Source: a virus (Duplodnaviria; Caudoviricetes). From it: a stretch of 35,476 nt of DNA. Numbering within the stretch: the stretch's first letter is position 1; every line of letters begins with the position of its first letter. Positions 1-10,086 of this stretch are shown in pieces. Both the position numbers and the translations under genes were made by a program. The DNA is taken from IMG/VR virus record IMGVR_UViG_3300046115_000085, positions 1 through 35,476 of that record, one strand, 5' to 3'. The notes under the pieces were generated by a model, which searched no databases, was not told where the DNA came from, and saw nothing but the letters and a program-made list of their open reading frames with translations.

Positions 1-841
1 TGTGACCAGATCCGGTGCCCATCGTCAAACCCCCCGACGATGGTCCAGATGCTCCACTGCCAGGAGCATTCCCGGTCAGAATCGAAATCGTGCCGCCAGT
101 TCCTGTGCTAGCGTTTAAATCGGCAGTGCTGATAATGACGTTGCCGACCGGCTGCCCTGAAGATGCAGCTCCTGTTGTTATAGTTGTCCCACCAGAGCGA
201 AATGGTCCACTAGCAGTTGTGATTAAAGTTGCACCGCTGCGAGTGACCCCACCTGTCGGACCGCCAAGTCCTGATGTAATAGTTGTTACACCACCATCGG
301 CTGTTCCACTACCCTGGCCACCAGCAATTGTTAGGCTTAAGCCAGTTACATTCCCAGCAGACTGTGTGACTGGTTTTATCGTCCAAGATGTTGTTGCACC
401 GAGCAACAGAGTACTTGCTGCTAAGTCGATAATATGCTCAGCTGAGCCAGTAAACGTCCCAGGAGTTGGCGTGGAATTAAATTGAATAGACGCTGCAGGG
501 AGACCGGGTCCACTTCCACTTGGAAGATCTGCTGTTACCAACGCTCTAAAGGTAGGAACAGCCGCTCCACCACTAGCAGGGCCAGCAAACACAGTGTTAG
601 CGTTTTGATTAATAAACGCACCTGTGAGGGTTCCAGCCACCGTTACTGGAGAGCCAGAAATGCTGAACACTGACGCTGGAAGAGCCAGCCCTACAGAGGT
701 AACTGTGCCAGACCCACCTCCCCCACCACTGAACTCGAGCTTTCCAGCAATAATGCTAAAGCCAGTACCAAGCTCGATCGCCTCGACTAACTGATCACCT
801 GCAAGAATTGTCCCTGCCAAGCAAGGACCTGGCGTGGTCAT
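1..841 (-). CDS. Tail fibre / Gly-Thr-rich virion protein, partial (runs off the left edge)
   Basis: Not in the ORF track. Read manually from ATG at 841: MTTPGPCLAGTILAGDQLVEAIELGTGF...GGGGSGTVTSVGLALPASVFSISGSPVTVAGTL..., open to the window edge. The GTVTSVGL...SGSPVT motif is typical of phage fibres, and the gene follows a fibre gene. Confidence 0.7.
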   Translation of the reverse strand, partial: MTTPGPCLAGTILAGDQLVEAIELGTGFSIIAGKLEFSGGGGGSGTVTSVGLALPASVFSISGSPVTVAGTLTGAFINQNANTVFAGPASGGAAVPTFRALVTADLPSGSGPGLPAASIQFNSTPTPGTFTGSAEHIIDLAASTLLLGATTSWTIKPVTQSAGNVTGLSLTIAGGQGSGTADGGVTTITSGLGGPTGGVTRSGATLITTASGPFRSGGTTITTGAASSGQPVGNVIISTADLNASTGTGGTISILTGNAPGSGASGPSSGGLTMGTGSGH

Positions 842-884
842 GCCAAAGGTGGATAGCGGCTTGGTGACCGCAGGGACAAGAAAG

Positions 885-1970
885 TTAGCCAAGAAAGTAT
901 GCCGAAAAAGTGCCGTTGCGCAGGACAATACTGGAGCCGTTGAACGCGGCAGACTTGTTCATAGAAACAGTCTCAGACGCGGCGAGAGCTGCTATAACAG
1001 CGATACCAGTAGCGTTTTCCAAGGACGCAGCAACCTGAATTTGGCCAGCCCACAAAGTGCCAGCTGTCGAGGCTGTTAAAGTGAACAAGTCACTTGAACT
1101 GGCTCCCAGGCTAATCAGGCCCATATTCACGCAGATTGCATACAGCCCGGCAATACCCGCAGTAAAGACCCCTGTACCGTTGTTATAAATAGAGCCACGA
1201 TCGAAGTCTTCCGTGTTAAAAATCGCCACAGTACCAGACGTCTGATCTCCCCCAGTCCTGCGGGCGCGAAATCCAGGCTGCGTATTACTCGTATTTGACA
1301 GTCGACCAGTAGTATCGATTAGCCAGATTCCACTGCTGGTGGTAAACCTTAATCCACCTGCCCCGGTCGAGTTAATTGCTGAGGCACTAGGAAGAGTTGC
1401 GTGCCCAGTCCCATACTGAACCAGCTGTAGAGAGTTACTTCCATTGGTCAACACAAGATCAACAAGTGCGGAGGTTCCAGCACTAGCATTCGTAGCAGTA
1501 ATGCCGCGCGTGAAAGTATTTTGATCCTTAAGAATGCTGATTGCCGCAGTGCTGTCAGCGGGAACAAGCGCCAGACAAGATGCCGCTGCAAACGCACTTA
1601 TAGTCAGAGCTGTTAAAGCGCTTGTTGGCGCGGCGATTGTCCAGGCTCCAGTCGTGCCAACCGACATCCGCAGCGTACCACTACTAGAGAAGGCAAGCTG
1701 GCCAGCCCCAAGCGAGTAAATGCCATCCGCAGAGTTCCAGCGGACAGATGGTGCTGCCGCCGTCCCTGCCGCAAGATTAAGGATTGACTGACCTCCCATT
1801 GGAAGGGAAGCCGTCATCGGGCTTTGCCCATCCCGCGTAACGCAATTAGTCAGCGCCGCGGCAATATCATTCGTGACGTTATTGTACTTCGTCGACGAGA
1901 TAACAGTCAGCGTGACAGCAGGGAAGTCTGCCCCTGGAGGAGTGTAAGTGCCGGAGCCGTTGAAGGGCAT
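885..1970 (-). CDS. Tail fibre protein with C-terminal C1q-like domain
   Basis: Podovirus fibre-type N-terminus (MPFNGSGTY...DIAAALTNCVTRDGQSPMTASLPMGG). The C-terminus GFRARR...AIFNTEDFDRGSIYNNGTGVFTAGIAGLY...FSAYFLG fits the C1q/TNF-like pattern. Confidence 0.75.
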   Translation of the reverse strand: MPFNGSGTYTPPGADFPAVTLTVISSTKYNNVTNDIAAALTNCVTRDGQSPMTASLPMGGQSILNLAAGTAAAPSVRWNSADGIYSLGAGQLAFSSSGTLRMSVGTTGAWTIAAPTSALTALTISAFAAASCLALVPADSTAAISILKDQNTFTRGITATNASAGTSALVDLVLTNGSNSLQLVQYGTGHATLPSASAINSTGAGGLRFTTSSGIWLIDTTGRLSNTSNTQPGFRARRTGGDQTSGTVAIFNTEDFDRGSIYNNGTGVFTAGIAGLYAICVNMGLISLGASSSDLFTLTASTAGTLWAGQIQVAASLENATGIAVIAALAASETVSMNKSAAFNGSSIVLRNGTFSAYFLG

Positions 1971-1989
1971 TTAGTGTGTCTCCAGTATG

Positions 1990-3954
1990 CTATCGTTTTG
2001 TGGAATCCGCTTCTTGCTCTTGCCACTTCGAGGCAAGCATTACAGCAACCAGTTGCCTCGGGTCCATTGCACTGGCCCCTGCCACCTTCTGTATGTACGC
2101 AACACTATCCGGCCGCTCGAGAATCTCAGCAATTTGCTTATCGCTGATTCGATTTATCCAAGACCGCAGCATGCTCATTCTGGCCTGTTGCTGCTGCAAC
2201 GAACCACCAATCGTCGCCCTGGCCACGTCGGCAGGGTCGATTCCAGTTGAAGGTACACGCGAGCCATGTACGACAGTCGGCCTACCCGCCGCCTGCAGCA
2301 CTTCCATATCCGCCATAAATGTCTTCGGATCAATCCCAATACTCCGCATCGCTCCCTCAAGGCCTCGGCGCTTCGTATCCGTTCCGATCAAGTTCCGAAC
2401 GAAGATCGCTGGTGAATTCTGCAGCATCTCACCTGCGTTGCTCAACTGGAACGCTTTCTGCCGTTGAGTTTCCAGGGAGTTTGCCAGCGCATCGCGGACA
2501 GCATCCTTGTCACTGCCAAGTCGAACACCACCCTTCGCGGGGGCACCCGAGGCAATATCGGTAAGGGCTTCTGCCTTGCCAAGCATACCCTCTGTATACT
2601 TCTCGGCAGAGCCTCTCCCCTTCGACAGCTGAACAACTGGATCGAAGGGGCCTCGAGCCGCCGCCTCTTTACCGCTTGACTGCAGAACACGGGCAGCACC
2701 AAAGAGTGGCTCCGCCTCTTCATAAGCATTCCGAAGGGCGGGAGAAGTTGGCGTCTCGCCATTGATAGCCTTGCGGATCTGCCCTGCTGCTCTATCGGAG
2801 TAGTCCGGCAAGCCTACAGCGTTGACCTTCTCGAGGTTCGACTCCATATCTTGATAAATCGTGCGCAGGCGCTGCACAGGAATCTGCCCCTTATACTGCG
2901 CCGACTCCTTGACCAGCTGGTTTGCAAGGTTCCGCAGTGCCTTCTTTGACTCTGCCGCTGTCGTTGGAGACTTAATAACGGCATTGAGCTGCTCTAAGAC
3001 AGGCTTCATCGCGACGATGTCTACTACAGCCTCGCTCTTCCCTGCCTGCGTGTACAGCTCCTCTGTCCTCGCATTAACAGCCTCGAAGTCAGCTTTCGCC
3101 CTCTTCAAAGCAGCAACCTGTAGATTCTCCGCAACCTTCTCTTGACTCAGATCAGCACGCGTGGGCAGCGTTTTCCGCAGCGTCTCCTGCGCAAACTGAT
3201 CTGCCAAGGGTGCTTGCTTGAACCCCAGTTGCTGCACGTCCGCAGCGCCCGGCGACTTCGATCGTAGGATCTCCGTCTCGAGTTGCTGCATCCCAGGAGC
3301 AAGCCCCGGCGACGCCTGCGAAGGAAACAGCGGCACTCCTCGAGCAGCCGCTCTTGATTGCATCCGAACCGTCTCCGACAGGTCATCTTCGTTCATGCCG
3401 CCAAGGGACTCTCGCAGGCGCTTGACCAGAAGAATCCGTCGGGGATTCGCCAAGGACATCGTTGCAGCAAGACCTAGGGAGGTACCAGCGCCCACCCCTG
3501 CAGCCTTGCCAGGGCTGACCTCTCGGTTAAGAAGGGTCTGCGTAACACCGGAGCCTATACCACCGGCTACTGCATTCGTGACCGGACCGCCAGGGTATAT
3601 GAGGGAACCAGTCGCCCCTTCGGCAATAGCCGCTGGAACGCTCTTCTCCAGAGGACGGCCGGCCAGCTGGTCCCGCAGCCGATCTACGTAAGAACTAATC
3701 GAATCGGTCTCCGGCGGAGCTGGCTCGCCAGTTTCCCTAGCTCGCTGCAGCGCCATATTCCTCGACCCTGCATGCAGCAGGTCGAACATTCCAGCCATTC
3801 CCTTGGAGGCGCCCATCGCTCCGGCGGAGAGAATATCTCGGCCAACACCCGTAGGAATAAGTGGAGTCTCCTGCGGAGGCACCTGCGGCAGCGCCTCTAG
3901 CTCGAGCCTTCTTCGCCGAATGGCAATTAGTTCGAGCTCTTCTTCTGGAGTCAT
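1990..3954 (-). CDS. Large internal virion / DNA ejection protein
   Basis: 654 aa, Ala/Gly/Leu-rich and helical-looking. It lies between other ejection-type genes and the tail fibre, with an ATGA/TGA overlap with the upstream gene. Confidence 0.6.
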   Translation of the reverse strand: MTPEEELELIAIRRRRLELEALPQVPPQETPLIPTGVGRDILSAGAMGASKGMAGMFDLLHAGSRNMALQRARETGEPAPPETDSISSYVDRLRDQLAGRPLEKSVPAAIAEGATGSLIYPGGPVTNAVAGGIGSGVTQTLLNREVSPGKAAGVGAGTSLGLAATMSLANPRRILLVKRLRESLGGMNEDDLSETVRMQSRAAARGVPLFPSQASPGLAPGMQQLETEILRSKSPGAADVQQLGFKQAPLADQFAQETLRKTLPTRADLSQEKVAENLQVAALKRAKADFEAVNARTEELYTQAGKSEAVVDIVAMKPVLEQLNAVIKSPTTAAESKKALRNLANQLVKESAQYKGQIPVQRLRTIYQDMESNLEKVNAVGLPDYSDRAAGQIRKAINGETPTSPALRNAYEEAEPLFGAARVLQSSGKEAAARGPFDPVVQLSKGRGSAEKYTEGMLGKAEALTDIASGAPAKGGVRLGSDKDAVRDALANSLETQRQKAFQLSNAGEMLQNSPAIFVRNLIGTDTKRRGLEGAMRSIGIDPKTFMADMEVLQAAGRPTVVHGSRVPSTGIDPADVARATIGGSLQQQQARMSMLRSWINRISDKQIAEILERPDSVAYIQKVAGASAMDPRQLVAVMLASKWQEQEADSTKR

Positions 3955-5279
3955 TTCCGACCTCTGGCTCGAACCTCTGCCTCGTAAGCGTCTAGTTCTT
4001 GCGCGTTCATTTCAGAGACGGGCTTTTGACCACCGCTGGAGGGGGCAAGGGAGCCACGATAGCTACCGAAGGTCGCCGGGTACAGCTGCTTATACTTCTC
4101 CGGCAGGGTATCGTAGCGAGACCTCCAAGAGCCTATCCGACTGTTGTTTATCTTCTCGAGTTGATTGATGAAGGCAGGCACTTGCTCAAAGGGGATGCCA
4201 GAGGCAAAGCTTGGAAGAGCTTTCTCCAGCGCCACTCTGTCATCGTTGGAAATACCCCGACCGCCGGTCAGCACCATGTCAGCGACGCGGGAAGAGAACT
4301 CCGCGGACAACCTCGCATTCGAAGCGTCTTTTGCCGGGTCAAAGGGAATCCCATACTCCGCAGCGAAGTTGCGCGCTGCGACCTCGTATTGCGCAAGGGG
4401 ACCTCCGGTAGTCGGAGAAGTCTTAATAATGTCTCGGATTCTGGACAAGCTCTTATTCCCCATATCCGCCATCTCAGCCGCGTTGTACAAGCTGGTATCT
4501 TTCTTCGACAGCTCCACCTGTGCTGTATCGATGTACTTGTCCTCTGGCTGCTTGCCAGTATTGACATTTACTTTCGGAGCCTTGTCGATAGCGTCGACTC
4601 TGCCGGTGAAGGGTGCAGTTTGTACAGCCATCGGCCTTCCATCAGCCCCCGACATAGTACCCTGCTTGTAGGTTCCAAGAGGAGCAATCCCAGTTTCTGA
4701 CTTGGCGTAGGGTACACCCTCGGTGACTGAGTACTCAGCCTTCGGAGCACCACCTTCGAGGTTGCCCCCTTGGATGTCCGACAGCCGAACGCGCTTCAGT
4801 AGCTCCTCCCGACGCTTCTCCTCAGCCAGTAGACGAGCCTTCTGCAGAGCCTGCCCCAGATCCTGTGACCTGGGAAATTGGCTTCCGAGGCCAGCCGTTT
4901 CCGCGCCTCGAACATCCCCCGGCCGAGTTATCGAAGAGATGCCAGCATCGCCCTCCCCCGGACCACCAGGGATCGTTTCTTGCTGCGGCAGCTGCATCTT
5001 CAAGATCCGCGCCAGATCCACCTGCTGGTCTGTCCCATACTTCGCTAGCGTGTCAGACTGCTGCTTCTCCCCAGCGTACAAACCATACGCGCCGACCAGA
5101 GTCTTAGCCAGTTGGCTAGCGTTTTCCCAGCCCGACGTCGGAACATACCTGTTTCCCACCATCTGGCCCGCTCTTTGCTGCCCACCAGAGGCCATCAGAG
5201 CAGCGGCAAGGCGTTTCTTGAACTGAGCCTCATCTATACCTGACTGGTAGCCGGGAGGAAGGACTTGCAATTCAGCCAT
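3951..5279 (-). CDS. Internal virion / DNA ejection protein
   Basis: 442 aa. N-terminal RLAAALMASG...GQMVGNRYVPTS motif of the podovirus ejection-protein type; supported by gene order. Confidence 0.6.
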   Translation of the reverse strand: MAELQVLPPGYQSGIDEAQFKKRLAAALMASGGQQRAGQMVGNRYVPTSGWENASQLAKTLVGAYGLYAGEKQQSDTLAKYGTDQQVDLARILKMQLPQQETIPGGPGEGDAGISSITRPGDVRGAETAGLGSQFPRSQDLGQALQKARLLAEEKRREELLKRVRLSDIQGGNLEGGAPKAEYSVTEGVPYAKSETGIAPLGTYKQGTMSGADGRPMAVQTAPFTGRVDAIDKAPKVNVNTGKQPEDKYIDTAQVELSKKDTSLYNAAEMADMGNKSLSRIRDIIKTSPTTGGPLAQYEVAARNFAAEYGIPFDPAKDASNARLSAEFSSRVADMVLTGGRGISNDDRVALEKALPSFASGIPFEQVPAFINQLEKINNSRIGSWRSRYDTLPEKYKQLYPATFGSYRGSLAPSSGGQKPVSEMNAQELDAYEAEVRARGRK

Positions 5280-5280
5280 A

Positions 5281-5991
5281 TTACACCTGTAGGTTGTCAG
5301 CGTGCTTGATCAGTGTTTGCTTCAGCCAGACAGCGACGGGCTTGAGCAGCGCATAGGCCTCTGGCTCGTACTTCTGAAGGTACTCAAGACGGCCAGGATT
5401 CTCTACTCCATATGCAAGGCAGTAGCGACAATCCAAGCTGCTCTTCGCGCCTCGAGAGTAGCTCTTCGGGGCCATATCGCCTAAGAACTCGAAGACATCC
5501 TCGTCGGACCAGCTCTCGACTGGATAGAAATACTCCACCCCTTCGATGACCTCTCCAGACTGAATTCCTTGCAGAGTGTCGGAGTCCTTCTGCCCACGAA
5601 TGACGCCAGTGAAGGCGTTCTCACGAAGATAGCGATGTAGGGGTCCCCAAAGGTTCTCTCCGCAGCAGTAGGAGGCAAGGGCAACTTTAGGCGCCTGCAC
5701 ACGCGTAGCAAAGCGGCCGATGTCCGTTCCCTCGAAGGGGACAGCATCAACGGCGATGCCACAGGCACGCATGAAGCTGATCTGATTCCCAGGCACCCTC
5801 ACGAAATGCGGGACGAGCTTGGCAATCTCGCACATGTACTCAATGGTCTCAGTGTGCGGATCTCCGGGGTCTCCCCAGACAACCGTCAGCCGATCCCACC
5901 AAGGGCGAAGCAGGTGCAAGCATGCTGCACTGTCCTTCCCCGCAGAAAAGGACAGTGCAACCTTCTTGTGCCGGGAGAAGAACGCTTCCAT
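5281..5991 (-). CDS. PAPS/APS reductase-family (PP-loop adenine nucleotide alpha-hydrolase) protein
   Basis: PP-loop SFSAGKDS, YCCGENLWGPL (CCxxxxxxPL-like), RGQKDSD, YPVESWSDEDV and SLDCRYC motifs. Confidence 0.85.
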   Translation of the reverse strand: MEAFFSRHKKVALSFSAGKDSAACLHLLRPWWDRLTVVWGDPGDPHTETIEYMCEIAKLVPHFVRVPGNQISFMRACGIAVDAVPFEGTDIGRFATRVQAPKVALASYCCGENLWGPLHRYLRENAFTGVIRGQKDSDTLQGIQSGEVIEGVEYFYPVESWSDEDVFEFLGDMAPKSYSRGAKSSLDCRYCLAYGVENPGRLEYLQKYEPEAYALLKPVAVWLKQTLIKHADNLQV

Positions 5992-6989
5992 TAGAAGAAG
6001 ATAGCAGCAGCTGTTGCCGCCGATCCAGCCAAGCCCATCATGCCCTGCTGCTTGCCCGCCTTTGCCGCAGCGGAAGCGTTCTGCGCACCCTGCGCCTGTT
6101 CGATCTGGCTATTCGTGAAGTTCTGTGAAGCGGTGAGGTAATCCACTGGCTGCAAGTTCGGCGTCCCATAGGTCGCCTGCGTCCCACTTGCCTGTGGGTT
6201 CCACGCTTGGCCCGCTCGAGCCAGCTCCATCGCTGGTCGATCCCTGTCCTGCTGCGCGAGGGTAATCCGATCGAGCGCTTCTCCACTTGCTGCTCCCCGT
6301 GCCTGCAGAATACGAGCCAGTTCCGAAGAGGCTTCTGCACCTCCACCAATAAAGGCGCGATCTCGCATATCCGCCTCGGCCATGTCTTGATCCTGGCGCA
6401 GATTGCTGATCGAGCTCAGGTAATTCTTGTCCCCGATGTTCATCCCCTGGGAGACAAGTCGTTCTTGCAACGCGCGCATCTGCTCTTCCATCCGCGGCTT
6501 AGCATAGCGACTAGCACTGTTGTAGTAAGCGTCCTCTGCCTTCTGCCTATCGAAGGGGCCACCACTGTACTGCAGGGCCTCCTTCTGATACTCTGGTAGC
6601 AGCTGCGCGAAGTCCTGCGACTGGCCATACTTCTGGCCCATCTGACCCATTAAGCCAGACTGCACATTTCGCTGCTGTCCAAGCAACCCCTGCTGCGCAG
6701 GGTCGAGCATGTCGCTCAGGACCCAGTTGCCACTAGCGTCCTGCGTCCAAGTCTTTGAGCCGAAATCCGTCTGGGAGTTGACACGCTGGTCTTGCAGCTG
6801 CCGCCCGTAGACGTCTCGATTCTCGCCCTGCTGCCAAGTAACTCCAGAGTTAAAGGCGTTCTGTGCGGGGAGATTCTGCTCTGCGAGGGATGGCCCCTGC
6901 GCGTCGTTCCCCCCAAAGAAGCCTCTAATCATGCCCGGAGAGGGCACACCTGTCGCGGCCCCAATTGCGGTTCGAAGTCTAGTTGTCAT
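5991..6989 (-). CDS. Internal virion / ejection (pilot-like) protein
   Basis: Gln/Ala/Gly-rich 332 aa protein ending in a hydrophobic GMMGLAGSAATAAAIFF tail. It directly follows tail tubular protein B and has an AGGAGG RBS upstream. Confidence 0.6.
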   Translation of the reverse strand: MTTRLRTAIGAATGVPSPGMIRGFFGGNDAQGPSLAEQNLPAQNAFNSGVTWQQGENRDVYGRQLQDQRVNSQTDFGSKTWTQDASGNWVLSDMLDPAQQGLLGQQRNVQSGLMGQMGQKYGQSQDFAQLLPEYQKEALQYSGGPFDRQKAEDAYYNSASRYAKPRMEEQMRALQERLVSQGMNIGDKNYLSSISNLRQDQDMAEADMRDRAFIGGGAEASSELARILQARGAASGEALDRITLAQQDRDRPAMELARAGQAWNPQASGTQATYGTPNLQPVDYLTASQNFTNSQIEQAQGAQNASAAAKAGKQQGMMGLAGSAATAAAIFF

Positions 6990-7089
6990 TTATCCTCCTG
7001 TAAGGGGAAATTACGGGAAGGATGTCGTCCTTGAAAACTCGGGGCACATACACCGAGCGGTCCCATGTTAAGAAAGGCTTCTGTCGTGG

Positions 7090-8637
7090 TCAACCGATAG
7101 GAGTCGCCTGCGAAAGCTGTATATCTGTTGCAATGTGCTGGACGTTTACCCCACTGGTTGCAATTTGGACAACCATGCCAAAGTTGTACGAGGGATAGTT
7201 CGGGACGGTTCTCCAGTCCTTTGTAATGCTATAGCCAGCGGCCCAAAGGCCAATATCCCAGAGTGCGACATCCCAAAGTGCTGAGACGTACGGAGTAGCG
7301 GAGAGGGTAACAGGGGGAATATCTCTGGCAAAGTCTCCAAGCAGCGCCATTCCAAAGCTGAAGGGGCCATCGGAGGCAAAGATCGGCCTGATTAGGCTGA
7401 CTTGCTTGGGTGCACCACGAGTGTCGAAGTAGTTATACCCAGTGATCATCGTGCACTGGATATTGGAGCCGAAGTCGTTCGCCCCGCTGTACGCCTTCAC
7501 CACACGTCCAGTATCGCCGTAGTAGAGCTCGCCTTGGAAATATAGCAGACAAAAGGCATTCCAGTCCGTAAAGCGGCTCCAACCCTTTGAAACAAGGTCC
7601 ATTACGAACTGAGTCTTCGGTGTGCTTGGGACGTTAACGATCAGGAAGGACTGCTTCGTGTGAATATCAATGCTCCAGCCAAACACACCGAATAGAGTAC
7701 GACCAGCGTCATTGAAGTACTGATCAATCTTATCGGAAAGTGGAATTGTCCGCTCGATAGAGGCCGATTGGAGGGCCTTCGCGACAGGGAACAGGCCCCT
7801 GTCGGTTAGCAGGGCAAGGTCTCCGCCGAACTGGATAAGGCACCTACGGCTCAACGGCCGACCAAGGTAGAACACACCGACAAGAGCCCAGGTCGCCGCA
7901 TTCGCAGGATCTGTCCCTGAGAACATAATGACCTCGCCCTCGCTCGTCACGCAGACAAGGAAGTCATCCGCGCCGTCACCTGCGTCGACAGTCCAGGTCG
8001 CCATCGCCATTAAGTAGCCGCCATGCTTGCAGAGCTGGCCAAGTTGGTACTCACCAAGCGTGCCGGTAATCGCTCCTGCAGGGAGGTACCACAAGCTGAG
8101 CGAGTTGTTGATGGCGAAGAAAAGGCGCTTCTGGTACGCTGTCAGGTTGACGATCGTGTTCGTGTTGACAGCGCCGTAGGTAGCGACAGTGGTCCAGGCG
8201 GCGCCATCCCAATACCGCAGGGAATCTGCCCCATTCACGCAGATCAGGTACTGAGTTGCGCTATTGGAGAAGTTAATGTGCTGCCATCTTGCGTTAGTGA
8301 GGCCAGACTGCACGGAGGCTCCGATCGCTCCGCCTGCTGTCACGTCGTGGAAGACCGTTCCGACAGCAGCAAACATCTTGGGCCCAATCGCAGCGTCGTA
8401 GCCCATAAGGGTCTCGACATCACCTGCAGGCACTCCGCTCGTAGTCCAAGCTAAGGCTCCGAGACGAGTTTGCACCCCTTGCGTCCGGACGATCCAGTTG
8501 TCTAACTGAATCGCGTCTATCGGAGGCATCGCTGCGATAGAGTCCTTCGCATTCCAGCCGCCCACGCAAGCCGGAATGGTAAAGGGGACAACATCGACCT
8601 CTGCAGCCTTTGAAGGGCGCTGAAGAGCTCTCCTCAT
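7090..8637 (-). CDS. Tail tubular protein B / head-closure (packaged DNA stabilisation, P22 gp10-like)
   Basis: 515 aa beta-rich protein with N-terminal IPACVGGWNAKD and C-terminal WDVALWD motifs; follows tubular protein A. Confidence 0.75.
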   Translation of the reverse strand: MRRALQRPSKAAEVDVVPFTIPACVGGWNAKDSIAAMPPIDAIQLDNWIVRTQGVQTRLGALAWTTSGVPAGDVETLMGYDAAIGPKMFAAVGTVFHDVTAGGAIGASVQSGLTNARWQHINFSNSATQYLICVNGADSLRYWDGAAWTTVATYGAVNTNTIVNLTAYQKRLFFAINNSLSLWYLPAGAITGTLGEYQLGQLCKHGGYLMAMATWTVDAGDGADDFLVCVTSEGEVIMFSGTDPANAATWALVGVFYLGRPLSRRCLIQFGGDLALLTDRGLFPVAKALQSASIERTIPLSDKIDQYFNDAGRTLFGVFGWSIDIHTKQSFLIVNVPSTPKTQFVMDLVSKGWSRFTDWNAFCLLYFQGELYYGDTGRVVKAYSGANDFGSNIQCTMITGYNYFDTRGAPKQVSLIRPIFASDGPFSFGMALLGDFARDIPPVTLSATPYVSALWDVALWDIGLWAAGYSITKDWRTVPNYPSYNFGMVVQIATSGVNVQHIATDIQLSQATPIG

Positions 8638-9350
8638 GAAATAGGCCAGTTACCAGCAGGCACCCAGATACCAGGGATGACCCTGTTCGAGGGCCGATCC
8701 ATCGACAGGATCTGCTTCGTGCCATCCTTCATCTTCGCCGTCTCGACCATCCCGTCGAAGGAGGCCAGCAAGTCAGCATAGGGCAAGCCCTTCTGCCGAG
8801 CCCACCAAGCCTGCACACCCACCTTCATAACGTTCTCTGGGAGCAGGGAAACGTCTGTGTCGGCGGTGAAGGTTTCTTTGTAGGTCACACCGTCAACGGC
8901 AAGGATCCAATTTCGGCTCTTCCAGATGAAGCCGTAGGTCTCACCTGCCACTGGAGTGGGATTCAGCAGGATCCTGTCCCCCGCAATGCGATACTGGTAC
9001 AGTGGTCCACCTGGTACGAAGGCCTGTAGCATCTGCCAGTCCACGTCCGAGATTGGGCCGAAGACAGGCCTCCGCAGGGTGAAGTTCCAGAACGTCTTGT
9101 TTCCAATCGAGAGAAAGTCTGACCCAGTTCTGGAGGTCAAACTCCCCTGATCCACATCCGCCGTCGAGACCCAAGTCGTAGACCTCTTCTGCATCTGCCA
9201 GTCGTACTCCCCGCAAGAAATCTCTTGTCCAAGCGCCTCGTAGAGGGCCTGTATTTGCTGGATCATTGGGTCAGTGCTGCCCACCACGATTGTAGGTACA
9301 GACAACGTTGCCTTAGAGCAAACCGCTTGGACTACGGAGAGGAGGCTCAT
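8634..9350 (-). CDS. Tail tubular protein A / head-to-tail adaptor
   Basis: MSLLSVVQAVC start, DWQ motif, ILLNPTP motif and size 238 aa; position after the capsid genes. Confidence 0.7.
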   Translation of the reverse strand: MSLLSVVQAVCSKATLSVPTIVVGSTDPMIQQIQALYEALGQEISCGEYDWQMQKRSTTWVSTADVDQGSLTSRTGSDFLSIGNKTFWNFTLRRPVFGPISDVDWQMLQAFVPGGPLYQYRIAGDRILLNPTPVAGETYGFIWKSRNWILAVDGVTYKETFTADTDVSLLPENVMKVGVQAWWARQKGLPYADLLASFDGMVETAKMKDGTKQILSMDRPSNRVIPGIWVPAGNWPIS

Positions 9351-9989
9351 CTAGGCCGCTCTCTTCTGAGTGGTGAGGCTGAGAAGCTGGCTTTGAACCG
9401 CAGCGAGTTGCTCTTCCAGGCTCTTCATCCGTACTTCCTTCGAAGCCGCATCAATCTTGGCCGACTCGAGCTGGCTTAGCAGCTTCGGAACGTCGCCAAT
9501 GGACTGCTTTAGCCAATCCCGAGCACGCTGCCGCAGGGCGATGCCACCCATTCCGAGAGAGGTAACCGTGTCGTCTGCGGCGTCCGCCAGCATTTCCACA
9601 GACATCAAGTGCATGTCCAAGCAAACCTTAAGCTGCGCCGGAGAGACAACAGGCCAGTTTTTCATCGGCGTGCCCTCAACCTCCATCATTTCCCCCTTCT
9701 TCCAAAGGGAGTGCATCCGCTCGATCTTCTCCACCCAGTCGGGAGGGAAGCGGCTCTGCTGTAGGTAGTGACCGTCTGGTCCAGAAATGGCACCAGTACG
9801 AGGCTTGATCTTCGCCAGCCAGTCGGCGTATTCCTGCACAATGCGGGACTTCCCCTCCGACCCTGCCGGAACAATAATAATGAAGTCCACGTCCTTCGTC
9901 TGATAAACCCCGGAAGCGATCGTGGCTGCGCGGTCTTCTACCGCTTTTGTTTCAAACTCGACATACGGCGGGCGATTCTCTTGTTGCAT
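9351..9989 (-). CDS. Conserved phage protein after the capsid genes (HhH-like VEMLADA...GMG motif)
   Basis: 212 aa with a C-terminal coiled coil and a GGAG RBS; abuts tubular protein A. Confidence 0.6.
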   Translation of the reverse strand: MQQENRPPYVEFETKAVEDRAATIASGVYQTKDVDFIIIVPAGSEGKSRIVQEYADWLAKIKPRTGAISGPDGHYLQQSRFPPDWVEKIERMHSLWKKGEMMEVEGTPMKNWPVVSPAQLKVCLDMHLMSVEMLADAADDTVTSLGMGGIALRQRARDWLKQSIGDVPKLLSQLESAKIDAASKEVRMKSLEEQLAAVQSQLLSLTTQKRAA

Positions 9990-10018
9990 TTCCGTACTCC
10001 TGCTCCCTCAATGCGAGC

Positions 10019-10044
10019 AAAAACGGGGAGCATTGCGCTCCCCG
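10019..10044 (-). terminator. Rho-independent terminator after the capsid/decoration genes
   Basis: Minus strand reads CGGGGAGC-GCAAT-GCTCCCCG-TTTTT. Confidence 0.75.
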
Positions 10045-10086
10045 AAAGGTCCGAAGGGCGAGGGAATAGCCCCCCGGACCTGCCCG

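Noticed and set aside
5281-5991. Complete Dnd phosphorothioation or sulfate-assimilation system
   Set aside because: No dndB/D/E, cysteine desulfurase or cys genes are in the window, and the catalytic ECGLH tail is absent.
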